Part shown: piece after piece, positions 1 through 9,048 of the stretch
Layout of the letters: each line of letters begins with the position of its first letter
Position numbering within the stretch: position 1 is the first letter of the stretch
NCBI GenBank assembly: GCA_036501045.1
Contig: DASYAX010000407.1
Coordinates: 8,670-72,669, forward strand
Direction of reading: 5' to 3'
Source: Bryobacteraceae bacterium
GTDB taxonomy: Bacteria > Acidobacteriota > Terriglobia > Bryobacterales > Bryobacteraceae
DNA: 64,000 nucleotides
Notes under the pieces: model-generated
Database searches by the model: none
Told to the model about the DNA's origin: nothing
What the model saw: the letters and a program-made list of their open reading frames with translations, nothing else
Translations under genes and position numbers: made by a program

Positions 1-287
1 CGGAGTTCCGGTGGTAAATGCCGCCGCACTGCAGAGGCAGGAAAGGAGAGTGGATGCACTGCATAAAAGCAAAAATGTTTTCATGGTTGAGGTCGCTCCA
101 GCGTAGACATCTCCTAGCCTAAGCTGTAAGTTGCGCCGTTACAAATCACTTTTTAGTTACAAAACGATGAGAAATTTGTGTCTCCCTCAAACCTGCGTAT
201 ATTTATTCAGATGTAACTTTCGCCAGATAGGCTGACCAGTGGCTACTCCCGGAGGAGTAGTGTCCTACAAAATTTCGACGAGGAACT

Positions 288-1892
288 ATGCGCCAATCGC
301 TTTCCATTTCGTTAGTGACAGCACTTTTCCTGGGTCTTTCGATTGACCCGCAGCTAGCGAGTGCCTACCAGAGCACGCCAGTTACGCCGATTCAGCACGT
401 GGTGGTGATTTTCGGCGAAAATATATCGTTCGATCATTACTTCGGGACGTATCCGAACGCACTCAACCCTCCCGGACAGCCGCGCTTCACTGCCGCCGCG
501 GGCACACCGTCGGTGAACGGACTTACTGGCGCTCTCCTGACGGCGAATCCGAACTTCACTAACTCGGCCAATGGCACGGGAGCCGCAAATCCATTCCGGC
601 TCGATAGGTCGCAGGCGCTGACGGCCGATCAGAACCACAGCTACACGCCGGAACAAGCCTCATTCGATCACGGGTTGATGGATCTTTTCCCGATCTCAAC
701 CGGTAGCGCCGGCGCTCCGCCCAAGTATTATCCGCCAGTAGTCTTCACGAAGGGCCTGGTGATGGGCTATTACGACGGCAACACCGTCACCGCGCTGTGG
801 AACTATGCCCAGCGCTTCGCTTTGGACGACAATTCTTTCGGCTCGCAATTTGGACCCTCAACGCCGGGCGCTCTAAACGTCATCTCGGGCCAGACCAATG
901 GCGTGAACGCGATGGTTAATGGACCAAGCTCCGCGGTTGTGAGCGACGGCAACGGCGGGACGACACTGATCAATGATGCCGATCCCATCGGCGACACATG
1001 TTCCGGATCAACGAAGTTCCAGGTCAGCTTAGGCGGCAAGAACATCGGCGACCTGTTAAACGCCGCCGGAGTATCGTGGGGCTGGTTTGAAGGCGGCTTC
1101 GATTTGACGCGTACCAACGCCAACGGAAGCACACAATGCAACCGAAGCACCGTGTCGCCGATCACCGGGCTGACTGAGGCCGACTACGTTCCTCACCACC
1201 AGCCGTTCCAGTACTATGCCTCGACGGCCAACCTGGCGCACACCCGCCCGACGTCTGTGGCGATGATCGGCAAACAAGGCGACGCCGGGAACCATCAATA
1301 CGATATCTACGACTTCTATGCGGCAGTCTCGGCGGGAAATTTCCCGGCGGTGAGCTTTCTGAAAGCGCCGTCCTATCAAGATGCCCACCCGGGAAATTCC
1401 AATCCTCTCGACGAGCAGGCGTTCATCGTTCACGTGGTCACCTTCCTCGAGTCCCAACCAGGTTGGGCCAACACCGCGGTGGTGATCGCCTATGATGACT
1501 CCGATGGCTGGTACGACCACCAAATGGGTCCAATCATCAACGGATCGAACACCACCGCCGATGCCCTAACAGGAACGGGCGCTTGCAGCAACGGCGCAAA
1601 TGCGCTCCCCGGGGTTAATCCCGCAACCACTCATGCGCAAGGCCGCTGCGGCTATGGCGTCCGCCAGCCCATGATGGTTATTTCGCCCTACGCCAAGCCG
1701 AATTTCGTCGATCACACTCTGACCGACCAGAGTTCGATCATCCACTTTGTGGAAGACAATTGGCTCGGCGGCGAGCGCATCGGCCAGGGATCCTTTGACG
1801 GCATCGCCAACTCGATTGCCTCGATGTTTAACTTCAGCCAGACGCCGAATCCCACTGTCACCTTATCTGAAACGACTGGCGAACCGCAGTAA
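288..1892 (+). CDS. Secreted phosphoesterase family protein (bacterial phospholipase C / AcpA-type acid phosphatase)
   Basis: 534-aa ORF with N-terminal signal peptide (MRQSLSISLVTALFLGLSIDPQLASA). Motifs VVVIFGENISFDHYFGTYP and IAYDDSDGWYDH are typical of the phosphoesterase family. GAGGA lies just upstream of the ATG. Confidence 0.8.
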   Translation: MRQSLSISLVTALFLGLSIDPQLASAYQSTPVTPIQHVVVIFGENISFDHYFGTYPNALNPPGQPRFTAAAGTPSVNGLTGALLTANPNFTNSANGTGAANPFRLDRSQALTADQNHSYTPEQASFDHGLMDLFPISTGSAGAPPKYYPPVVFTKGLVMGYYDGNTVTALWNYAQRFALDDNSFGSQFGPSTPGALNVISGQTNGVNAMVNGPSSAVVSDGNGGTTLINDADPIGDTCSGSTKFQVSLGGKNIGDLLNAAGVSWGWFEGGFDLTRTNANGSTQCNRSTVSPITGLTEADYVPHHQPFQYYASTANLAHTRPTSVAMIGKQGDAGNHQYDIYDFYAAVSAGNFPAVSFLKAPSYQDAHPGNSNPLDEQAFIVHVVTFLESQPGWANTAVVIAYDDSDGWYDHQMGPIINGSNTTADALTGTGACSNGANALPGVNPATTHAQGRCGYGVRQPMMVISPYAKPNFVDHTLTDQSSIIHFVEDNWLGGERIGQGSFDGIANSIASMFNFSQTPNPTVTLSETTGEPQ

Positions 1893-1927
1893 GAAGGAAC
1901 TATCGCAACTTACAGACTTGTCATGGG

Positions 1928-1960
1928 GCGGGAGGGCCGCAGAGGCCTTCCCGCTTATTC
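1928..1960 (+). terminator. GC-rich hairpin with a short T-rich tail downstream of the phosphoesterase gene (possible partial terminator)
   Basis: GCGGGAGGGCC (1928-1938) pairs with GGCCTTCCCGC (1944-1954): 11 bp with one G-T pair and loop GCAGA, followed by TTATTC. It starts 36 nt after the stop codon and ends 7 nt before the AAGGAG of the next gene. Confidence 0.45.
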
Positions 1961-1981
1961 TGCGTTAAGGAGCTATTTCCA

Positions 1982-3577
1982 ATTACACGCCGCCAGTTCT
2001 TTCAAAACAGCGGGCTCATGATGCCCGCTCTCATGGTTCCCGGCCATCAGATGCCAAAAATGGCGCCTCTGCCGTCGATGCTCGATCCAAATACACTAGC
2101 TGCCTTCGTCGATCCGCTTCCCTTGTTGCCGGTTGCGAAAAGCGCCGGCATCCGGCCTGCCCCCGATGACGCTCGGGTTCGTCTGCCGTACTACCGCATG
2201 CCGATCCGCGAAATTCACAGCAAAATTCACCGCGATGTGAGCCCGACGCGTTTCTGGTCCTACGGATCCAGCGTTCCGGGCCCGGTCTTCGAAACGCGCA
2301 GCGGCGAAGGGCTCTTGGTCGATTGGCCGAATGAACTACCGCGCGAGCACTTCTTGCCCATCGATCACAATCTGATGGGCGCCGAAGCGCATCAACCCGC
2401 GGTGCGAACCGTGGTTCATCTGCACGGCGCCAAAACTGCGCCGGAGAGCGATGGTTACCCCGACGATTGGTACGTTTCCGGAAAATCGCGGCTTTATCAT
2501 TATCCGAACCAACAGGAACCGGCGCTTCTCTGGTACCACGATCACGCCATGGGTATCAACCGCTTGAACATTTATGCCGGCATGGTCGGGCTGTTTATCA
2601 TCCGCGACAAATTCGAAGATGGGCTCAACTTGCCGAATGGGAAGTACGAAATTCCGTTGGTGATTTTCGATCGCCTGTTGACCGCCGACGGCCAGCTCTA
2701 CTATCCGGTTTCAAACCAGCCGGAGGCGCCATGGGTGCCGGAGGTTTTCGGAAATGCCGTACTCGTCAACGGCAAGCTTTTCCCCTATCTGGACGTCGAG
2801 CCGCGTAAGTACCGGTTCCGTCTGCTGAACGGTTCGAATGGCCGTTTTTACACTCTGCTGCTCGGGAACGGCCAGACATTTTTCCAAATCGGCTCCGATC
2901 AGGGATTGCTTCCCGCGCCTGTCGAGTCCAAAAGCGTGTTTCTTGCGCCCGGCGAGCGATCGGACTTTATCGTTGATTTCGCGGAACATCGCGGGGAGCA
3001 GATCGTGCTGCGCAACGAAGGCTTCAACGTTCTGCAGTTTCGCGTGGCGCGCGCCGCGAGTAACGACACGAGTTCGTTGCCCAAAGCCTTGAGACCGGTT
3101 CCCAGAATGCCCGCCTCCACGGCCATCCGTACCCGCAATCTGGCGCTCGAGGAATTCGACAGCATTCTTGACGAGCCCATCACTCATCTGCTGAATGGCG
3201 CGCGCTGGCATGATCCCATAACGGAAAATCCGCTGCTCGATAGCACCGAAATCTGGTCATTCATCAATGTGACCGACGATTCCCACCCCATCCATCTGCA
3301 TTTGGTTCGCTTCCAGATTCTCGACCGCCGTCCGTTCGACGTGACCGAATATCTGATCAAGAAACAAATCCGCTATGTAGCGGAAGCCGTCCCGCCCGAT
3401 CCCGTCGAAGCCGGTTGGAAAGATACCGTCCGCGCCACCCCGGGAGCAGTGACGCGCATTATCGTCCGCTTCGAGGGCTACGCCGGCCGTTACGTGTGGC
3501 ACTGCCATATTCTCGAGCACGAAGATAACGAAATGATGCGGCCGTACGAAGTGATTGCCGGGAAGTCGGGCGTTTAG
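1982..3577 (+). CDS. Multicopper oxidase (CotA/bilirubin-oxidase/CueO-like), probably Tat-exported
   Basis: Copper-site motifs HLHGAKT, WYHDHAMG, HPIHLHLV and HCHILEHEDNEMM. The conservative ATG start is 2018. The in-frame upstream codons encode I-TRRQFFQNSGL (twin-arginine motif), preceded by AAGGAG at 1967-1972, so I extend the start to ATT 1982 (see findings). Confidence 0.85.
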   Translation: MTRRQFFQNSGLMMPALMVPGHQMPKMAPLPSMLDPNTLAAFVDPLPLLPVAKSAGIRPAPDDARVRLPYYRMPIREIHSKIHRDVSPTRFWSYGSSVPGPVFETRSGEGLLVDWPNELPREHFLPIDHNLMGAEAHQPAVRTVVHLHGAKTAPESDGYPDDWYVSGKSRLYHYPNQQEPALLWYHDHAMGINRLNIYAGMVGLFIIRDKFEDGLNLPNGKYEIPLVIFDRLLTADGQLYYPVSNQPEAPWVPEVFGNAVLVNGKLFPYLDVEPRKYRFRLLNGSNGRFYTLLLGNGQTFFQIGSDQGLLPAPVESKSVFLAPGERSDFIVDFAEHRGEQIVLRNEGFNVLQFRVARAASNDTSSLPKALRPVPRMPASTAIRTRNLALEEFDSILDEPITHLLNGARWHDPITENPLLDSTEIWSFINVTDDSHPIHLHLVRFQILDRRPFDVTEYLIKKQIRYVAEAVPPDPVEAGWKDTVRATPGAVTRIIVRFEGYAGRYVWHCHILEHEDNEMMRPYEVIAGKSGV

Positions 3578-3595
3578 AGGATCCTTTTGAAAACG

Positions 3596-3905
3596 GAGAG
3601 TGACCGAGGCGCTCTGCGAAGCGTCCGTGCCGGCGTTTCCATTGATCTGATCGCCAGGGGATTCTGCTGCCTCAAACCGGGTGTCCTGGCCAGACCGAAA
3701 ACATTCGCGTCCGCTCCGTCATCGGCCGCTTCCTCGAACACTCGCGCATCTACTACTTTGGCGCGGGCGCCGAAAACCCGCTCAAGAGCGAGTTCTATAT
3801 CGGTTCCGCCGATTGGATGTTCCGGAATCTCTCGAAGCGTATTGAAGTGGTAACTCCGGTGACGGCGATGCGTCCGAAGCAGCGGCTCTGGGAAATTCCC
3901 GAGAT
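3596..3905 (+). pseudogene. ppk1: Polyphosphate kinase 1 C-terminal fragment, frameshifted and truncated at both ends
   Basis: Frame 2 reads ...[19 protein letters not shown]. After a 1-nt shift near 3685, frame 1 reads [59 protein letters not shown], which matches the conserved PPK1 C-terminal domain. There is no coding sequence for the N-terminal ~550 aa and no start codon. Confidence 0.7.
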
Positions 3906-3919
3906 CTCAGGTTGCAGCC

Positions 3920-4438
3920 TCAGTGCTGGCCCATCTCGTTTGGCGTTGCCGGTCGCCACGCAGTGAATTTTCCAATCTCATAGCGATCGCATCGAATGAA
4001 TGTTCGATCTGCACTCTCAACAATTGCTCCCAGCGAATAGTCTCCGTCCTGACAACGGCAGGAGTGGTCCGACGTTGACGGTCGTATCTGACAGACAGCG
4101 CGTGAGCTGCTCTCTGTTCTGGGTTGCTGACTAAACCGAAACACCGCGCCCAGAGGTTTCATGGTTGGTATCCACTCACCCGCCGAACACTCATGTTTGG
4201 CCGAGTCTATCCAAATCACTGACCCTGCTAGAAATTGACGACCGTGTGCAAAGCAAACACTTTCTTTATCTGTCGAAGCTATGGCTCCCTGTTTGTCCGC
4301 AGACTGCGCTGCTAGGGCAGACGGATGCAGGAATCCAAGGCCCAAGGTAAGAATTGAGGCGGCTCCCACACCAAGAAGGAGACCTGAAATTTGAGAAGCA
4401 GAAGGACGTGAGGAATATCTCATTGCTAACTCCGTCAA
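3920..4438 (-). CDS. Hypothetical small secreted or membrane-anchored protein with two Cys-bounded repeats
   Basis: 172-aa ORF with a hydrophobic N-terminal segment ([27 protein letters not shown]). An internal repeat C-x6-[FY]-x2-G-[SA]-[VI]-[IV]-x8/9-C occurs twice ([23 protein letters not shown] and [24 protein letters not shown]). The patch is visibly lower in GC than its flanks. Confidence 0.5.
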   Translation of the reverse strand: MTELAMRYSSRPSASQISGLLLGVGAASILTLGLGFLHPSALAAQSADKQGAIASTDKESVCFAHGRQFLAGSVIWIDSAKHECSAGEWIPTMKPLGAVFRFSQQPRTESSSRAVCQIRPSTSDHSCRCQDGDYSLGAIVESADRTFIRCDRYEIGKFTAWRPATPNEMGQH

Positions 4439-4532
4439 AATTCCTGAGATATAGTTCTCCGGTTCGACACAGGAGCGGACTGCTAGCTCATTATAGGTCT
4501 TTTTGCGCTCCGCGGCGGTAAAGCGTCCTGCG

Positions 4533-6215
4533 CTAACGCGGGCGCGCCGGAAGCTTCGCGAGCGCCAAACGCAGCGCTGCGGAATCTTGCACTGCCAACG
4601 CGCGCCGATACAGTTCCGCGGCTATTGGGTAATCCTGAAATTCAGCCTCGATATACGCGTAAACGGACAAGGCCTCGAAATTCTTAGGCTCAGTCGCCAA
4701 AACAATGCGCACCCGATCTCGAGCGGCGTCCAGATGGCCCGTCATCGCCTCCAACCGCGCAAATTCGATTTGCGATTGGTCCGTCAAGCCTTTATCGAGC
4801 GAGGCCTGCAGGTTTTGCCGCGCTTCTTCAAATTTGCCTCTCAAAAGATACTGGTGGCCGATGGAAGCAAACCGTAAGGCCGGAACAAGATTCGCATTAA
4901 AGGACAACAGCGTTGCCGCGGGAGGAGTGCTTTTTTCTTCGGTCACGATAAACTCGGCGCTTCGCGAGTCGCTTCCCTCATTCGCTTCCAGCGTGTACGT
5001 GCCTGCCGGAAATCCCGCGCTCGGCAATTCGACCGTCGCCACTTGCTGGGCATCGGAAGCGCCTTTCCAGAGCACCTGAACACCTTTGCGAATCACCCAG
5101 TTCACCCTTCCGGGTTTCGCCGCCGCCACTACCGCGAACCTTCCTTCGGCATTCGGTTCGAGTTGCCTACCGTCGAAGGCAAACGGAGTTCGTGCGCTGC
5201 TCGCCGCGCTTTGATCCACCCGCAGGATTTCGCCCATCGGCGTTTGTGATTCGATTCTAAGTGGATACGCGTACGTCTGTCCGTCCACTGCGAACAGCAC
5301 CCGGTATGAGCCGGGAAGCAGGTCCAGACGATGCACATAATGAATTGCCTCCGCTTTGCGAAACTTCAAGTGGAGCCGGTTCTGATAGACCGCGACCGGC
5401 CCTTCGTAGATCGCTAGATTCAACTCGCGTGCAGCGTTGGTCTCGAGCCGCATGTCGACCTGTGACCCGCCATACGTCGAAACAGTCTCAAGAGTGTCGA
5501 GCTTGGGGCGGCCGGCAATGAATCTGGATTGAACTTGCGTTTGCGGCGATTTTCCGAGCATCATCCAGGGCGACGTGATCTGCGCCAGAACCTCGTCATT
5601 GCCGGTGTTCGTAATGCCACTCGCAACGTTCACCGCCGCCGATACGATCTCATCTTCCGCCGGACTCACATTCAATGTGGTTCGGATGTTGGCTTCGGTA
5701 ATACCGTCATTCGGACCGAACATGCCGATTGTTCCGGCTTCCGGCAGCAGCAAAGCCCGAATGGTATCGAGCGTCGGCGAATACAATTTGGGAAATCCGA
5801 GACTGTTCTTCTGGTAAAAGATCAGACGTAATTCCGTAGTCAACTGAAGAGCCGGAACCGTGTCGTAGTACCAGATCTCCAGCGGTACGAAAATTCGCGA
5901 AGAGGGGATACGGGTGATGCGCGTGGGCGGACCAAGCGATAGATACACACGGCCCGGATCGGTATTCACGCCTGAGGCGAGTTTGCCCGATCCAAACGTG
6001 GTATCGACGTATTGAAGCCGCCGGTAATACTCTTCCGGCGTAATCGATTTTTCAGCCCAAAAGTTCTCTTCGAATTGCGCCCTGGCCTCCGGCTGCAGCG
6101 AAAGATAAATCTTTCGTTCTGCCGGAGTGATGATCGGGTCCACCGACGCCAACCAACCGGAAGCAGCGGCCTGAAGCCACAACGCGGTGGTAATGAAGAG
6201 AAAAGCAAACCGCAT
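4533..6215 (-). CDS. GWxTD-domain protein with C-terminal TPR-like region
   Basis: Signal peptide MRFAFLFITTALWLQAAASG at the internal ATG 6215; the longer ORF start at 6365 would overlap the upstream gene. The region FWAEKSITPEEYYRRLQYVDTTFG...SGVNTDPGRVYLSLGPP matches the GWxTD-domain pattern, with V in place of W. The C-terminus has TPR-like helices. Confidence 0.75.
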   Translation of the reverse strand: MRFAFLFITTALWLQAAASGWLASVDPIITPAERKIYLSLQPEARAQFEENFWAEKSITPEEYYRRLQYVDTTFGSGKLASGVNTDPGRVYLSLGPPTRITRIPSSRIFVPLEIWYYDTVPALQLTTELRLIFYQKNSLGFPKLYSPTLDTIRALLLPEAGTIGMFGPNDGITEANIRTTLNVSPAEDEIVSAAVNVASGITNTGNDEVLAQITSPWMMLGKSPQTQVQSRFIAGRPKLDTLETVSTYGGSQVDMRLETNAARELNLAIYEGPVAVYQNRLHLKFRKAEAIHYVHRLDLLPGSYRVLFAVDGQTYAYPLRIESQTPMGEILRVDQSAASSARTPFAFDGRQLEPNAEGRFAVVAAAKPGRVNWVIRKGVQVLWKGASDAQQVATVELPSAGFPAGTYTLEANEGSDSRSAEFIVTEEKSTPPAATLLSFNANLVPALRFASIGHQYLLRGKFEEARQNLQASLDKGLTDQSQIEFARLEAMTGHLDAARDRVRIVLATEPKNFEALSVYAYIEAEFQDYPIAAELYRRALAVQDSAALRLALAKLPARPR

Positions 6216-6216
6216 C

Positions 6217-9048
6217 TTAAAACTCGATACGCCCCGCAAACTGCAGCATGCGTGCCGCGTAAGCAAGATCTGAATTCTGGACCGGCGCTCCGTAGGAAGC
6301 TGCGGTGACAACCGTCTGGTAGCCGCCGAAATTCGAATGATTGAACAGGTTAAAGGCCTCCACAATCGGAATGAAGCGCAGGTGTTCCTTCACCGTGAAT
6401 GTCTTCGAAAGGCGCAGATCGACGCGTTCAATCGGATTCCCATACAGTGAATCGCGCGCTACGATGTTGTATCCGGGAACGGTTGACGCCTTAATGTTGG
6501 CGGATGAAGTATAGTAAGCCGCCGTTGTGGGCAGCAGGCGATTGTCGACGGTAGCGCCGAACGGATTGTATCCCGCCGTCACCTGGTATGCCTGGCCCGA
6601 TCCGTAATGGAACGAACCGCTGAGGGAAAGCCCCCACTTCCACAGATAAGAACCACTTAAGGTCAGCGTATTTCGCTGATCGTCCGGAGAATTCGCCCAT
6701 TCGTCCGCGAAGTTAAACGGATTGTTGGGGTAATAAAACGGTCCGGTCGTCGAGTCTTTGAGCCGCGCAAGCGTGTAAGCGGCCGAGGCGGACACGTTCT
6801 GTGAAAAGCGATGTTGCACGCCAACCTGCAAGCCGTCATAGATAGACCCCGCGGCGCCAGGCGTGTAGAAAGTCAGGATGTTGGTGAAGTTCGGATTCGG
6901 CCGGCCGGCGGTCGTCGGATTCATGTTGTAGCCGGTCGCGGGATTGTAGTAGAGGTTTGCGTCACTGCGGATCCAATCGTGGTAAACACGCCAGTGCAAA
7001 TAATCGGCGGAAACCACCCAGGTCTTGGTGATTTGCCGCTCCACGCCGATGCTCAACTGAAGCGAGTAGGGCGTGTGCACATTGGGCGCCAGCAATTGGA
7101 GCGCCTGCGCGCTGACCGGAACGGCGCCCGAAAGAAATTCGTCCCCGGTGACATTGCCGAACGGCGCGGACAAATTGATGGGATTACCGGTAGAAGCCTG
7201 CACGGACGGCTGCAGCGACGTTTGACCGTTGAAGATCTGTTGATCGATGGTCTGGTTGGCCTGAATGTCTCCGTAAAACAGGCCGCCGCCGCCGCGGATT
7301 ACGGTTTTCCGCGATCCGGTTGGATCGTAAGCAAAGCCAACTCGCGGCGCGAACAGCAGGTTATCGTTATGGTGCGGCGTTTGCAATCCGCTCTTCAAAT
7401 TCAGCGAAGGATCGAAAATGCCGAGGTCGTTATCGTAGCGAACGCCCAAATTCAGCGTGAGCTTGGGACTCAGCTTCCAGTCGTCTTGCACCCACACTCC
7501 AATGGCATTCGTCGGGATGTGGATGTTAAAGTTGCCAAACCCTTGCACGTACGAAACCGCCAGCGGACTGATGGCCGCAATGTTCCAGGTGGACGGATCG
7601 TTCCAGGTGGGGAAGATGGCGTTGAAATTCGACGGGTTCGCCGAGAACGACAGCACTGTGCCGCGAATGTTCTGCTGAAACAGACCGGAATACATGGTGT
7701 GCAAGTAATCGATGCCGGCCTTTAGGCTGTGGCCCCCTTTCAACCAAAACAGATCGTCGCGATACTGCTGCGTGTTCTGAATAAAATGTTGCGGATAGTT
7801 GTAAGGGCCGCCCACGGTGATGGTCGGGAACCGGTATTCCTGGCTTTGCACCAATGGCGTATTTTGCCAATCGAAGTGATTCAAACCGCCTTTCATCTCG
7901 TTGACCAGCGCCGGAGTCAGGGTTGACGTCCAAGTCCCAAGGAATGCATAACTGGTCCTGGTGGAATCCGTCGCGCGCGTGGGCGATGAACTTCCGGTCA
8001 CGTTGTTGAACGGAACCGCCCAGGTGTAGCCCGTGGCTCGTGCCGAAAGGCGATTCTTGCTGTTGATCTGCCAGTCGGAACGCAGCAAATAGCTGTTGGT
8101 CCTTAGTTCGTTTGGAAACGTGAACGATTCGCCGGTGAAGCCGGTGGGCGTGGCAAAGACGGTGTTGGGCTGCCGCTCCCCCTCATAGCCAAAAAAGAAA
8201 AATAGTTTGTCTTTGAGGATCGGTCCGCCCACCGTGCCGCCGAATTGTTGATCGGAGAACGGCAGCACCTTGTGCGCCACCGGATCGGACGCGTTGAAAG
8301 CGCTGTTGCGGAAATAACCGTACAATGTGCCGTGAAATTGGTTCGTGCCCGCCTTGGTCTGAACATTCACCTGCATTCGCGACGATCTTCCCAGCGTGGC
8401 GTCAAAACGGTTCGTGATGATTTGGAACTGGTCGATCGCGTCCTGGCTGTATTGCGGCTCGCCGAAGGCATCACCGGCAGCATTCTGCGTGACCTGCTGT
8501 CCGTCTACGTTGATCTGCAGCTTTCCGCTGTCGGTGGCGCCCAGCGGCGAATTCGTGACGTCGTTGCTCGTAATGCCGGGCACCATCATGGCTAATTGCA
8601 AATAATTGCGGCCGTTTAGCGGCAGTTTCTTGACCTCGGTCGGGCTGACGTCTCCGGAGATGGTGGAGCTCGATGTATCCACCGCCACGGCCGTCTCTTC
8701 CACGTTCACCGAAGAACTGGTCGTTGCCAATTGGAGCGTGACATCGACGCTCGCCACCTGCCCGACCAGCAGTGTAAGAGTGCGCTCCGCCGGAGCAAAC
8801 CCTGGGCTCTCAAACCGCAGAACATATGTCGCCGCCCGGAGAGTAGGAAATTGATAGAGGCCGGTGGCGTTGGTGAGTGTGCTCACCTTCGTTGCGTCTT
8901 GACCCGTTGCGGTTACTCTGACGTTGGCAATAACCAGGTTCGATGGATCGCTCACGCGTCCACTGATTCCCGTTTGCTGCGCCAGTAGCGGCGAGCAAAC
9001 AAGGCCCGCGAGGAGGAATGCCGATTGGTAATTTCTAAACCAGCTCAT
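6217..9048 (-). CDS. TonB-dependent-receptor-like outer-membrane protein with N-terminal CarboxypepD_reg domain
   Basis: Signal peptide MSWFRNYQSAFLLAGLVCSPLLAQQ. SGRVSDPSNLVIANVRVTA...TGLYQFPTLRAATYVLRFESPGFA is a carboxypeptidase-regulatory-like fold. LPLNGRNYLQL is plug-like, the body is a long beta-barrel-like sequence and the protein ends in F. Its stop lies 1 nt before the start of the GWxTD gene. Confidence 0.85.
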   Translation of the reverse strand: MSWFRNYQSAFLLAGLVCSPLLAQQTGISGRVSDPSNLVIANVRVTATGQDATKVSTLTNATGLYQFPTLRAATYVLRFESPGFAPAERTLTLLVGQVASVDVTLQLATTSSSVNVEETAVAVDTSSSTISGDVSPTEVKKLPLNGRNYLQLAMMVPGITSNDVTNSPLGATDSGKLQINVDGQQVTQNAAGDAFGEPQYSQDAIDQFQIITNRFDATLGRSSRMQVNVQTKAGTNQFHGTLYGYFRNSAFNASDPVAHKVLPFSDQQFGGTVGGPILKDKLFFFFGYEGERQPNTVFATPTGFTGESFTFPNELRTNSYLLRSDWQINSKNRLSARATGYTWAVPFNNVTGSSSPTRATDSTRTSYAFLGTWTSTLTPALVNEMKGGLNHFDWQNTPLVQSQEYRFPTITVGGPYNYPQHFIQNTQQYRDDLFWLKGGHSLKAGIDYLHTMYSGLFQQNIRGTVLSFSANPSNFNAIFPTWNDPSTWNIAAISPLAVSYVQGFGNFNIHIPTNAIGVWVQDDWKLSPKLTLNLGVRYDNDLGIFDPSLNLKSGLQTPHHNDNLLFAPRVGFAYDPTGSRKTVIRGGGGLFYGDIQANQTIDQQIFNGQTSLQPSVQASTGNPINLSAPFGNVTGDEFLSGAVPVSAQALQLLAPNVHTPYSLQLSIGVERQITKTWVVSADYLHWRVYHDWIRSDANLYYNPATGYNMNPTTAGRPNPNFTNILTFYTPGAAGSIYDGLQVGVQHRFSQNVSASAAYTLARLKDSTTGPFYYPNNPFNFADEWANSPDDQRNTLTLSGSYLWKWGLSLSGSFHYGSGQAYQVTAGYNPFGATVDNRLLPTTAAYYTSSANIKASTVPGYNIVARDSLYGNPIERVDLRLSKTFTVKEHLRFIPIVEAFNLFNHSNFGGYQTVVTAASYGAPVQNSDLAYAARMLQFAGRIEF

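Noticed and set aside
243-260. Hairpin CTACTCC-CGGA-GGAGTAG upstream of the phosphoesterase gene, plus a possible minus-strand gene start (ATG at 64-62) leaving the window.
   Set aside because: A 7-bp stem with no T-tract and no obvious link to the ribosome-binding site. The putative leftward gene contributes only ~21 codons inside the window. Neither can be supported.
3587-3853. The 88-aa ORF (MKTESDRGALRSV...) as an independent gene.
   Set aside because: Its first half is the PPK1 text ([19 protein letters not shown]) and its second half is out-of-frame noise. It is better explained as part of the frameshifted ppk1 remnant.
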